From Verrucomicrobiales bacterium (GTDB taxonomy: Bacteria; Verrucomicrobiota; Verrucomicrobiia; Verrucomicrobiales; V1-33), in assembly GCA_031411295.1 (NCBI GenBank), contig JANOAV010000087.1:32001-96000 (forward strand): DNA of 64,000 nt. The letters are read 5' to 3'. Below are positions 1-9,184 of this stretch, one piece after another. Position numbers and translations under genes: made by a program. Within the stretch, counting starts at the first letter, position 1, and each line of letters begins with the position of its first letter. The notes below the pieces were generated by a model. That model saw only the letters and a program-made list of their open reading frames with translations, had not been told where the DNA came from and searched no databases.

Positions 1-1
1 T

Positions 2-613
2 TTGTTGGTCACCAGCGCGACGTATCGGCAGCAATCGGCTCACGTTCAGAGCAATGCCAGCGATACCGGCAATCGACTGCTCTGGCGCATGAATCCCCGC
101 CGCTTGGATGCAGAATCCGTGCGCGATGCGGTCTTGGCCGTGAGTGGGAAATTGAATCGCGAGCCCTTCGGTCCTGGGTATCGAGATTTCGACTACACCG
201 AAGCCTATGCGCCCGTATATCAATACCTCACGGCCGACAAACCGGAACTGTGGCGACGCAGCATTTATCGCTTTGTGGTGCGCACAACGCCACAGCAATT
301 TCTCACCACACTCGACTGTGCAAATCCCGCCAACCTAACGCCTGCCCGCAACATCACGACGACTGCATTGCAATCTCTGGCGCTGCTCAACAATGCGTTC
401 ATGCAGCAGCAAGCAGGCTATTTCGCAGAGCGGGTTACGTCAGAAATCGGGGACGATGCCGTCGCACAAATCAAACGTGCCTTCGCGCTCGCATTTGGTC
501 GCGCGCCCACCGCAGCGGAAGCGGAATCTGCCCTTGGCCTCGTGCAAGCGAGCGGCTTGCCGCAGCTTTGTCGCATGCTTTTCAACGCCAACGAATTTGT
601 CTATGTGGACTGA
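2..613 (+). CDS. DUF1553 (PSD1-type) domain protein, C-terminal part (5' truncated by window)
   Basis: Motifs SATYRQ, NRLLWRMNPRRLDAESVRDAVLAVSG, RRSIY, TTTALQSLALLN, NEFVYVD are typical of DUF1553; followed by a DUF1501 gene as usual. Confidence 0.9.
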   Translation: MLVTSATYRQQSAHVQSNASDTGNRLLWRMNPRRLDAESVRDAVLAVSGKLNREPFGPGYRDFDYTEAYAPVYQYLTADKPELWRRSIYRFVVRTTPQQFLTTLDCANPANLTPARNITTTALQSLALLNNAFMQQQAGYFAERVTSEIGDDAVAQIKRAFALAFGRAPTAAEAESALGLVQASGLPQLCRMLFNANEFVYVD

Positions 614-2033
614 CCGCAACCTCCTTTCCAAACGGGACTTCCTCTCCCAATTCAGCGGAGTGGCATTGGCCTCATTGTTATCGCGCGATGGATTGTTGGC
701 GGCCGGAGCAACCAATCCCTTGGCTGCCAAGCCCGCTCCATTTGCTCCGAAAGCCAAGGCTGTGATTCAAATTTTCTGTCCCGGTGGGCTAAGCCATGTG
801 GATACGTGGGACTACAAGCCCGAGTTGGAGCGCTACCATGGCCAACCGTTCGATGCCGAGTTGGGGAAACAAACGTTTGCCGGGATAGCGGGAAATTATG
901 CCAAGAGCTTCTGGCCGTTTCGGCAACATGGGCAGTGTGGCAAATGGATCAGCGATCTGTTCCCGGGCTTGGCCAGACAGGTGGATGACATGGCCTTCGT
1001 GCATTCGATGCAGAGTAAATCTGCGCTGCATGGACCTGCGATGTTCATGATGAACAGTGGATATATTCGCCCGGGATTTCCCGCGATGGGAGCGTGGGTC
1101 ACGTATGGGTTAGGGAGCGCCAGCGAGAATCTCCCAGCCTTCGTGGTGCTGCCAGATCCACGCGGACTGCCGCCTGGCGGAGTGGCGAACTGGGGCGCGG
1201 GATTCCTGCCCGCCGTGCATCAAGGAACGGTGTTAGAGACGGCGGCGGGCAAGGCGCCCTTTGCCGATCTCTTTCCAGCGCAGAAAGTAACGGCGGAGGC
1301 AGAGCGCGCAGGACAAAATTTCCTCCAAAGCCTGAATGCCGCCCATGCTGGGACGCGCGCGGATTCCTTGCTGGAAGCCCGCATCGCTTCCTATGAACTA
1401 GCCGCCAAACTACAACTCAGCGCCCCCGAGGCGGTGGACCTTGCAGGCGAAACGGAAGCCACCCAAAAGCTCTACGCGCTCAGCGATGAGGACGCGGGGC
1501 CATTCGGCAGGCAGTGTCTGCTGGCGCGCAGATTGGTGGAACGCGGGGTGCGTTTCGTGCAAGTTTTTTGCGGAGCGGAGAATACGTCATCCAAAAAGAT
1601 TCGCCCTAACTGGGACAGTCATGAAGACATCGTGCGGGATCATGGCTACTGGGGACGGGTGCTGGACACGGGAGCCAGCGCGTTGTTGGCGGATTTGCGT
1701 TCGCGTGGATTATTGGAGAGCACGCTCGTTATTTGCACCACGGAATTCGGTCGGCAGCCCTTCATGCAGGGGAAACAAAAAGGCCGGGACCACAACTCGG
1801 GTGCGTTCACTGCATGGATGGCTGGAGGCGGCATCAAAGGCGGCACCAGCCACGGCACCAGCGATGCCCATGGCTGGAAAGCGGAACAGGATCCCGCCTA
1901 CAGCTACGAACTCCACGCCACTGCGCTGCATTTGCTAGGGATCGACCACACGAAACTTTCCTTCTACCAAAACGGTATCCAGCGACGGCTCACGGATGTC
2001 CATGGCGAAGTGCTGCATGGATTGATCGGGTAG
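603..2033 (+). CDS. DUF1501 domain protein (sulfatase-like fold), Tat-like leader
   Basis: Start re-called at ATG 603 overlapping the upstream stop; SKRDFL leader, GGLSHVDTWDYKP, CLLARRLVERGVRFV, WDSH, EFGR, GRDHN. Confidence 0.9.
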   Translation: MWTDRNLLSKRDFLSQFSGVALASLLSRDGLLAAGATNPLAAKPAPFAPKAKAVIQIFCPGGLSHVDTWDYKPELERYHGQPFDAELGKQTFAGIAGNYAKSFWPFRQHGQCGKWISDLFPGLARQVDDMAFVHSMQSKSALHGPAMFMMNSGYIRPGFPAMGAWVTYGLGSASENLPAFVVLPDPRGLPPGGVANWGAGFLPAVHQGTVLETAAGKAPFADLFPAQKVTAEAERAGQNFLQSLNAAHAGTRADSLLEARIASYELAAKLQLSAPEAVDLAGETEATQKLYALSDEDAGPFGRQCLLARRLVERGVRFVQVFCGAENTSSKKIRPNWDSHEDIVRDHGYWGRVLDTGASALLADLRSRGLLESTLVICTTEFGRQPFMQGKQKGRDHNSGAFTAWMAGGGIKGGTSHGTSDAHGWKAEQDPAYSYELHATALHLLGIDHTKLSFYQNGIQRRLTDVHGEVLHGLIG

Positions 2034-2043
2034 GTGGATGGCT

Positions 2044-3036
2044 TTACAGCTTCACCCACTGCCACTCGAAACGTTTGCGCCCGAAGTGGACGATGAGTCC
2101 CCAAGGCAGTTTGAGATAGCGGAGGGCGGCTTTGAGCCGTTGTTTATCCGAGGCGCGGATGCCGTCCTGCTGTGCGAGCACCAGCAAGGCCCCACTGCGT
2201 TGGAAGGTCATCATTTGGGGAAATTGGCATTCGCCTAACACGGTTCCGTCCACGCTGACGCTCCCGGTTGGTTCGTCCTCGAAATCGATGGATTCCAGCC
2301 CCCACTCGACCCGCAACAAGCCCCGATAAACTTCCTGACCGTAGCCCAATCCCTGCGCCCGTCCAATCCGTAGCAGGCTGCGAGCGAGCATGGAGGCACG
2401 CAGTTCGTCATGTTTCTCCACCGGGTTCTGATGCAGCATTTCCTCATGCGGAATGGTGGGGAACACGCCATGGTTGGGAGAAAGTAATCGCGTGACCACT
2501 TCCGGCCTGGTGAAATCCACCAGCAGCCCGAAGCGAGCGTTGTAGAATTTCTGAGCGCTACTAGTGCAGGCAATGGTGGCCTGGGAGAACTCATGCGGAC
2601 CGTCGTGCAGATCGATTACTAACGAGGTATCGCAGAGGAAATCAGGGGTGAACTCCGCAGCTACTTTATCGCGATGCTTCAGGATGCCACGTGGTTTGAT
2701 CTGCGTGGTGCCCCCGGATTTGAGCAAGCGGGCGGTGAACAAATCACGGTAAAATTTCGACGGCAAGCCTGGTCCCAACGCCGCATGCGTTTCCTGCGCT
2801 AACTGCATGACTTTGCCGACCAACGGATCATCGGGCAGACGTGGTTCATGGCGCGGCGGAGGCCCACCCGGGCGACCTTTGCCACCTGGGCGCGGCGGCC
2901 CCGGCCGACCTCCCCGAGGATCCCGCCCACGTCCATCGCGTGCGGCTGGTCCCTCCGGCCGGGGTGGACGTGGCGGACGCGGCCCATTTTCGCCATGAGG
3001 TGGACGTGGGGGCGGCGGGGGAGGGGATTCGGGCAT
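2044..3036 (-). CDS. Tandem GxxExxY-like (PD-(D/E)xK fold) protein with Pro/Arg/Gly-rich N-terminus
   Basis: Two segments resembling GxxExxY: HAALGPGLPSKFY...PDFL...GLLVDF and GLGYGQEVY...YLK...GLIVHFG. Confidence 0.7.
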   Translation of the reverse strand: MPESPPPPPPRPPHGENGPRPPRPPRPEGPAARDGRGRDPRGGRPGPPRPGGKGRPGGPPPRHEPRLPDDPLVGKVMQLAQETHAALGPGLPSKFYRDLFTARLLKSGGTTQIKPRGILKHRDKVAAEFTPDFLCDTSLVIDLHDGPHEFSQATIACTSSAQKFYNARFGLLVDFTRPEVVTRLLSPNHGVFPTIPHEEMLHQNPVEKHDELRASMLARSLLRIGRAQGLGYGQEVYRGLLRVEWGLESIDFEDEPTGSVSVDGTVLGECQFPQMMTFQRSGALLVLAQQDGIRASDKQRLKAALRYLKLPWGLIVHFGRKRFEWQWVKL

Positions 3037-3071
3037 GGCTTTGGAAATACTGGTTAGGGGAAAGGAGAGGA

Positions 3072-3944
3072 TTATTTCTTGCGATCACGATATTCCTGCG
3101 GGCGCAGGCCAGTGTATCGCTTGAAGACCGTGGCGAAATATTGGGCCGTGGGGAAGGCCAGTTCGTTGGAGATTTTCATGATTGGATGCGTGGATTTGCG
3201 CAGCCAATACTTGGCCTTTTCAATGCGCCGGCGGATGAGATATTCGCCCGGCGGGATGCCGACCTCCGTTTTGAAACGCACTTTGAAGCGCGCCTCGGAG
3301 AGGTTCGCCACGGCCGCTAGATCAGACAAGGAGATGTCCCAATGGCCTTCCACGCGGAGGACATCGAGCGCATTGCTGATCGGCCCGGCAATGTCCTTGG
3401 AGAGGTCATTGGAGAAACAATAGGCCAACTCGACGCCTAACAGCGTCGCCCGCGCCACCAGGGCTGCCCGGCTCAGTGGCTCAGTGTTCACGGCCGGCCA
3501 GAGCCGATAGATCTCGTGTAAATGTTCGGTGATGGCTTCGGAGGCCCGCGCAGAGCGCTTGCCTTCGTTCAAGGCTTTCATGAGCGCTTCGCTAGCCGCA
3601 GCCGGAAGACCGAGGAAGGTCTTTTTCGCAACGGCTTTGCGCAGGAAAATCCAATAGGCTTCTCCCTTCTCCTCCGGCTGCCCCGCCGTGCTATGGCTTT
3701 CACCGGGACGCGTGAGGTAGAGGTCACCTCCCCGGAGGACGGTGCGCTGACCTTCCGTTTCGTAGATCTGCACGCCCTTGGCCAGAAATGTCACTTCGTA
3801 ATGATGGGTATGCACTTCCCGGGCCAGGCCCTTGGCGGCTCGGCGGTAAGTGTAGTGTCCCAGCACTGGCATGTCGTCCAGCCCGATAGGGCGCAGGTCC
3901 AGGATGGTCCGTTCGTTGGTGGATTGAAGGTCAAAATGCTCCAT
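3072..3944 (-). CDS. AraC family transcriptional regulator
   Basis: N-terminal cupin (HTHHYE, PGESH) and C-terminal double HTH (LSDLAAVANLS...FK...G; AFPTAQYFATVFKRYTGLRPQEYR). Confidence 0.93.
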   Translation of the reverse strand: MEHFDLQSTNERTILDLRPIGLDDMPVLGHYTYRRAAKGLAREVHTHHYEVTFLAKGVQIYETEGQRTVLRGGDLYLTRPGESHSTAGQPEEKGEAYWIFLRKAVAKKTFLGLPAAASEALMKALNEGKRSARASEAITEHLHEIYRLWPAVNTEPLSRAALVARATLLGVELAYCFSNDLSKDIAGPISNALDVLRVEGHWDISLSDLAAVANLSEARFKVRFKTEVGIPPGEYLIRRRIEKAKYWLRKSTHPIMKISNELAFPTAQYFATVFKRYTGLRPQEYRDRKK

Positions 3945-4009
3945 GAGAGCAATTCCTAGAAGAAATTCCGAGGGAACGCAATCTCGAAAGCCGACTCGAT
4001 GGGTTCATT

Positions 4010-5431
4010 TCACGTCGTTGCAGCGGGCGCATCCCACTGCTGAATTTGTTCAGGGAAAGGACACCGGGCACAGTCACTGGAGTCCTGACAGCAGAAGTCC
4101 TGATAAATCTGTAGCAGCGCCTGGTGCTGATAGAGCTTGCTGGTGAACGTGTCCGCCAGGGACACATTGGTTCCGAACAACCGCAGCGCAGCGCGTTTCG
4201 TCTTCTCGTTATCCAACGGGGCGGAACGCTGGCAGTAGGAGCGCCAGAGCGGTTCACGCTCTGGGATGAGGAGCGGGAAAATGAGATTGGAAAGCATATC
4301 ACTGATGCGCGTGGCCCCGATCAACGCCATGGGCTTGGCGGCGGGATTGGAAGTCAGCGTGTAATGAAAATCCCAATACGGATGGTGCAGCGATGCCACC
4401 AGCGCCCGGAAATCCTTTTCCACAAAGGCTTCGGCGGGCTGTAGCTGTCTGCGGAATTTCGGCCAATGCGCTGCGATCTCACTCAGCGCAGCCACCCGAC
4501 GTTGCGGATGATTCATGGGCCGCACCGCACTGGCGTGCCAGGTCAACGCGGGCCGGGCGGGCGCTTCCTGGGAGGCGGTGCGATGTTTCCACCAGACTTC
4601 CCAGAGCGTGCGCAGATAGGATTTCGTGACCGTATCCGCTTGGTCGAAATTGAATCCATCGAGGAATCCCGAGGTTCCGAAACACCGTGCTTCCCGCTCG
4701 TCCGGACGCTGCTGAAGTTGCGCCAAGGGCAGGCGCTGGGCGAGCACCGTCATGGGGAGTTTATTGTTGGCATACCCCAGCGTTTCCGCCAGTCCTTGGA
4801 ACACCGCCTGATCCCAGCCATGCGCTTGGATGACCCGATTCCAACGGGCCGTTTTCAATTCCAAACGATACCGCGCAGCCGCCTCGAACAGGCTCGTGAT
4901 CTGCCCCAGTGGCCAATCGTTTAAGCGCAGCGAGCAGCGACCGGGCTTGGCCGCAGGCTGCGGTGTGGGCACTCCGGTCGTGGAAATCTTGTCGCTCAAG
5001 AGCACTTGTGGCACCAGGCGATGCGATGCGGTGCGCGTGAAGAACTCGGTGGTATCGCTGCGGAAAAACAAGTGCAGCACCACGTCTTCATAGACTGGAT
5101 TCTCGGCATGGCCGTGATATTCCCAAGCCCGGGCCTCCGGATCCAACTCGATGCTGCCCCGCAACACCTCACCCCGAAAGCGGATGGCACACTCCCGAAA
5201 ATCCGGGCCCGCACCGTGGTTCCACCAACCAAATTGAATAATCTCCACGGGCTCGCCCTGCGTGGTTAGGAAATGCTGCCCGAAGTCACCAGCGAACCAG
5301 CGACTCTGCCACTCCAACTCGGTCAGCGGAGTGTCCGCCGACCCCAGAAGATCCGTTTCCGCCAAATGAGTCACGCCTGCATAGGCAGAATGCACGAACT
5401 GTTCATAACGCTGTGCCAGAGGAGAAAGCAT
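4010..5431 (-). CDS. DUF2851 family protein
   Basis: GWWNHGAGPDF, G.IE, W..HGH..NP.Y..VVLH, LGYANNK, RPMNHPQRR, QALLQIY..FC...C..C. Confidence 0.88.
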   Translation of the reverse strand: MLSPLAQRYEQFVHSAYAGVTHLAETDLLGSADTPLTELEWQSRWFAGDFGQHFLTTQGEPVEIIQFGWWNHGAGPDFRECAIRFRGEVLRGSIELDPEARAWEYHGHAENPVYEDVVLHLFFRSDTTEFFTRTASHRLVPQVLLSDKISTTGVPTPQPAAKPGRCSLRLNDWPLGQITSLFEAAARYRLELKTARWNRVIQAHGWDQAVFQGLAETLGYANNKLPMTVLAQRLPLAQLQQRPDEREARCFGTSGFLDGFNFDQADTVTKSYLRTLWEVWWKHRTASQEAPARPALTWHASAVRPMNHPQRRVAALSEIAAHWPKFRRQLQPAEAFVEKDFRALVASLHHPYWDFHYTLTSNPAAKPMALIGATRISDMLSNLIFPLLIPEREPLWRSYCQRSAPLDNEKTKRAALRLFGTNVSLADTFTSKLYQHQALLQIYQDFCCQDSSDCARCPFPEQIQQWDAPAATT

Positions 5432-5434
5432 CGG

Positions 5435-7018
5435 CTAGGGATCCTTGGGTTGCCATTCGGCCAGTCGGGCCTCGATCGCCTTGACCTCTGGTTCCTTGCT
5501 GTATTCGGTCAGCCCAGCCTTCAGTAGTTTGATGGCTTTGTCCTTTTGTGAAATGCCGGCCATGAATTCGGTGCGTTGCAGCAGAATGCGGATGCGATCT
5601 GCGGCTCCAGGGTAGTGTTCGCTTGCAGCCGTAAGATATTTGAAAATGCGATCATGTTCCGTGGGCGTGGTCCCCATGGCGATCTGGGAGAGCGATTCAT
5701 AGATGATCCCACTTTGTTTGGCTGCGGCGGCTTTTTCCAGCTTACTAAAAAGGGTGGGATTTCCCCCGGGTGCCGGGGGTGCGTCCCGCACCGTTTGCCG
5801 CAACAAGCGATACTCGGGATCACTGGTGCCAGCATCCAAATCCGCCGCAAAGGGACGATACAGCGGATCCCCAATCACCACATTCATCCAGCTACAGCCG
5901 GGGGTGGCCATGCTGGCGGCTTCCGCCAAACAGAAGCCCCGCAGCAAGCGATCCGACAGTTTGTCGAAATGGACCGTCAAGCCGAGGAATGGCTCATAGA
6001 CATTGCCAAAAACTCCGCATGCCCCCTGGCTTAGCAGCAGCCCCGCCCAGCCATCATTCGTCACGCGGATCGTGGTGGCACTCCAACTATGCAAATGGCA
6101 GGCAATTGCTCCGCGCTTGAATTTGAATTTCGGATTGAGAAACGGACCGTCTGGCACCTGCACATACCAGCCCAAGTAAACTGCCGCATCGGTCATGGGA
6201 AAATTTAGCAGAAAACGATCCGGTCGGGCATCGACGATGAGCGGGAAACCACTAGCGCCAAACGTCTTGGCGCTGCCGAGGAGCCAGTCTTCACCTTCTT
6301 TGTAGCCCGGGTCATTTTTCTGGGCCAGATCAATGTAAACTTTGCCCAGGAGGCCAGTCTTTTCCACCGCCAAGGCATCGTCGATAAGGCGCTGCGCAAT
6401 TTCATAGGAGGGTCCGTCAATTCTACTAACAATGAAGAAAGGAGCCAGCGATTGGGTTAGAAAAGGGGCGGATTTATCGTAGAATGCGTTGTTCAGCGGG
6501 CCCGCAATCGGATGGTCCACCACGCCAAAAATGGCTAGTTCCGAATCCACGCTGGCTGCGTTCGCCTTGCCCACCGCGGGGGCCACGACGGCCCGCTCCT
6601 TGGTTTTCGGGTCTTCCGGGCCATACTCCGGCTGCTCATCAATCCGCATCGGAACCCCCTGCATAATCGCGAAGATACGGTGCACCACTTTGGTGGAAAT
6701 TTTGTTTTCCCCCTTCTGCTCCAACGTCCACCAACCTTGCTCTGTGAAATGATTCCGCAAGGGTTCGGCAATCGTGGCATTGTAGTCCGCCCGGGTGATG
6801 GTCTCCTTGATGGAGCATTTCAATCCGACCAGATTCTTCGCAGGGATGCCGCGTTTGTCGGCATAGTATTCGGCCAATTCCCGACTCTTGGGTTGGGTGG
6901 AATTATACAATACTAACGTGCGTGCGGCATAGGCGACAGCAGTGGACTGGGGACTGGCTTCTGCGGCCATGGCGGTTCCCGCGCAGGCCAGCCAGGCCAA
7001 AAGGAACCAACGTTTCAT
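5435..7018 (-). CDS. TIGR03790 family secreted protein
   Basis: Signal peptide; ASVDSEL, SRIDGP, YLGWY, GAIACHLHSWSA, GNVYEPFL, SWMNVVIGDPLYRPF. Confidence 0.85.
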   Translation of the reverse strand: MKRWFLLAWLACAGTAMAAEASPQSTAVAYAARTLVLYNSTQPKSRELAEYYADKRGIPAKNLVGLKCSIKETITRADYNATIAEPLRNHFTEQGWWTLEQKGENKISTKVVHRIFAIMQGVPMRIDEQPEYGPEDPKTKERAVVAPAVGKANAASVDSELAIFGVVDHPIAGPLNNAFYDKSAPFLTQSLAPFFIVSRIDGPSYEIAQRLIDDALAVEKTGLLGKVYIDLAQKNDPGYKEGEDWLLGSAKTFGASGFPLIVDARPDRFLLNFPMTDAAVYLGWYVQVPDGPFLNPKFKFKRGAIACHLHSWSATTIRVTNDGWAGLLLSQGACGVFGNVYEPFLGLTVHFDKLSDRLLRGFCLAEAASMATPGCSWMNVVIGDPLYRPFAADLDAGTSDPEYRLLRQTVRDAPPAPGGNPTLFSKLEKAAAAKQSGIIYESLSQIAMGTTPTEHDRIFKYLTAASEHYPGAADRIRILLQRTEFMAGISQKDKAIKLLKAGLTEYSKEPEVKAIEARLAEWQPKDP

Positions 7019-7548
7019 GAGGCGGGTGAATTTAGCTTGGCGGGTGCTGCCGCGGGCTGTTTCTGGAAGGCGGAGAGGAAGAGTGCGGCCGCCGCCACGC
7101 AGATGCAGGAGTCGGCCACATTAAATGCCGGCCACGCGCGCTCCACCCCGTCAATGGTCACATGAACGAGCAGGAAATCCACCACATAGCCCCGCAGGAA
7201 CCGATCCAGCAAGTTCCCCAACACGCCGGAGATAAGCAGGGCGACGGCCACCTGGCTCAGTCGCGTGGGAAAGGCTCCTTTGCGATACATCCAACACATC
7301 GAACCCAGCGCAATTAAGCTGACGGCTCCAAAGATATAGTTGGAATGGGTCCCCCCATTTCCCATCCCGAAGGCTACGCCCGTATTGTGCACGCGCACAA
7401 AATCAAAAAAACCAGGGATCACCGTAATCCGTGGGGTCACTTCTGGATCGGGATTGGGAAAGGTGTGCACGGTCCATTCCTTGGTCACAAAATCCAAGAT
7501 GAACAACGGCAGCGAGATCAACAAAACGAGGCGAACGAGTGAGGGCAT
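7015..7548 (-). CDS. lspA: Lipoprotein signal peptidase (signal peptidase II)
   Basis: D.VTK, HNTGVAFG, GNLLDR...GYVVDFL, WPAFNVADSCI. Confidence 0.96.
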   Translation of the reverse strand: MPSLVRLVLLISLPLFILDFVTKEWTVHTFPNPDPEVTPRITVIPGFFDFVRVHNTGVAFGMGNGGTHSNYIFGAVSLIALGSMCWMYRKGAFPTRLSQVAVALLISGVLGNLLDRFLRGYVVDFLLVHVTIDGVERAWPAFNVADSCICVAAAALFLSAFQKQPAAAPAKLNSPAS

Positions 7549-7673
7549 AGCTAGTTATTTAGGCGCAATCCCCTCAAGAAACAAGCGGCAACCTTGACCG
7601 AGTTACGGGCGGGTGGGAGAACGTGATGACAGGCGCGCTCACGTTACTGTGGTTTGACGGCTGCCGCTGCCTG

Positions 7674-7773
7674 CAGCGCATTTACGGAGAAGGAAAGGTT
7701 GGGAAATTGATCCGGTAGCGGGCTAGGCTGCGCTCCGAATGATAAGACGATTGATTTTGGCCATCGGATTGCT
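7674..7773 (+). repeat. 100-bp direct repeat copy 1 (upstream region plus first 11-12 codons)
   Basis: Aligns without gaps to 9085-9184; both ATGs are at the same offset (7739/9150). Confidence 0.92.
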
Positions 7774-8692
7774 GGGACCGAATTATCTGCTCGCCGACGG
7801 TTTTAAATCCATGGGTGCCGAGGTGATTGCGCAACGGCTAGAACTAACCCTGGCCAAGGGAGGAGGCGTTTACTTAGTGACGCTGAAGAAGATGCAGGGT
7901 AAAACAGAGCCGCCTTATGGTTTCTGGTTAGGCACCTTGGAATTCACGGTAAAATCGACGCTGATAGGCGGGGATCAAGCAACAATCAAAGTCCCCTATG
8001 AATTTTTGGATCCAACTTACACCGTGGACCCAGCCGACGTTCGGGGCCGCTCTAATTGGCCTGAACTGAATTCCATTGGTTACCCCGTGCTCCCAGAAAT
8101 ATCCCAGCCCGGGGCTATATTTGCTCTAATGGCAAGCCCGTTGAAGGTAAAGATCGAACTCAGGAACGAAGAAATCAGTTGGGGATTTTCTGGTTTAGAA
8201 TGCGTGGATACTGCGGCAGGTAAAGATGGATTGCTTCATAAAATAGCATTGGCTGCGAGAAGCACCACAGACACCGGGGAGACTGATTTAGCAGAAGATG
8301 TTGCGGTATTGCTCGATGCCGCCCACAGGCCCAGCCCAATTAGCAGCACGTTTCTCGAACTGGGTCCTGCCTTCACTTGGCAGGATGCAGGCAATCGTTC
8401 CGACCATTTAGCTGCCTTTGGGGTTCGACTTGCACTTGAGAAGCTCGCATTGATATCACCAGACAAAGCCATTTCGTTGCTAAAGGAAAAATCTCAACGG
8501 GTGGGGTATAAAAAACTGCGCCATTACGTGAGCTCATCCTTAAATCTAATTAAGGAGCCCGAAGGGGTGAAACGTTACTGGAAGTATGGTGAAGTGCCTG
8601 AAGTCGAAATTGCGTTTTGGCAACATTTGGAACATTGGCTAAAAGCGCGGAAGAGCGACTACGATGCTCATTCCAAGTTGCGTTCAAGATGA
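7739..8692 (+). CDS. Hypothetical secreted protein, lower GC than flanks
   Basis: 317-aa ORF with signal-peptide-like N-terminus; no family recognised. Confidence 0.7.
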   Translation: MIRRLILAIGLLGPNYLLADGFKSMGAEVIAQRLELTLAKGGGVYLVTLKKMQGKTEPPYGFWLGTLEFTVKSTLIGGDQATIKVPYEFLDPTYTVDPADVRGRSNWPELNSIGYPVLPEISQPGAIFALMASPLKVKIELRNEEISWGFSGLECVDTAAGKDGLLHKIALAARSTTDTGETDLAEDVAVLLDAAHRPSPISSTFLELGPAFTWQDAGNRSDHLAAFGVRLALEKLALISPDKAISLLKEKSQRVGYKKLRHYVSSSLNLIKEPEGVKRYWKYGEVPEVEIAFWQHLEHWLKARKSDYDAHSKLRSR

Positions 8693-8695
8693 GGT

Positions 8696-8790
8696 GATCC
8701 CGGAGGGATCTCAGAAATTAGCCGGGTTGAGCGCTAGCGATACCCCCGGTTAGAGGCCCAAAAGAATCGCATCCAAGCAGGGATACCAGA
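8696..8790. repeat. REP-like palindromic element (GATCCCggaGGGATC...ATTAGCCGGG...ACCCCCGG...)
   Basis: Nested short palindromes right after the stop codon, in a layout I associate with PVC-group REP elements. Confidence 0.55.
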
Positions 8791-9084
8791 GCGGCAATAT
8801 TACAGGAAATGGTTGGGCACGATCCTGATTGGTAAAAGATTGGTGGTAGAAGATGAAAACTATCCCAACCCAATCTTTTACCAAGAATCTTTTACCAAAT
8901 CGTCAACGAGGTGGAGGCGCGGAATGCTGGGATCATGGATGGCAGCCGCATCCTGGCTTAACTCGAAAACGGTGTTGCAGAATGGACGTATTACCTTGGA
9001 CCATAACCGCATGGACTAATCCCGAAGGCCTTACATAATTTCGCGAGACTTAGGAGCACCAGCACTGCGGCCACTTTCGGGATT

Positions 9085-9184
9085 CAGCGCATTTACGGAG
9101 AAGGAAAGGCTGGGAAATTGCTCCAGAGGCGGGCTAGACTACCCTCCGAATGAAAGGACGATTGATTATTACCATGGGATTGCT
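9085..9184 (+). repeat. 100-bp direct repeat copy 2
   Basis: Ungapped match to 7674-7773. Confidence 0.92.

Noticed and set aside
8813..9038. Two small overlapping ORFs (68 and 61 aa), considered as peptide/RiPP precursors
   Set aside because: No modifying enzymes nearby, no recognisable motif, and neither frame is clearly favoured
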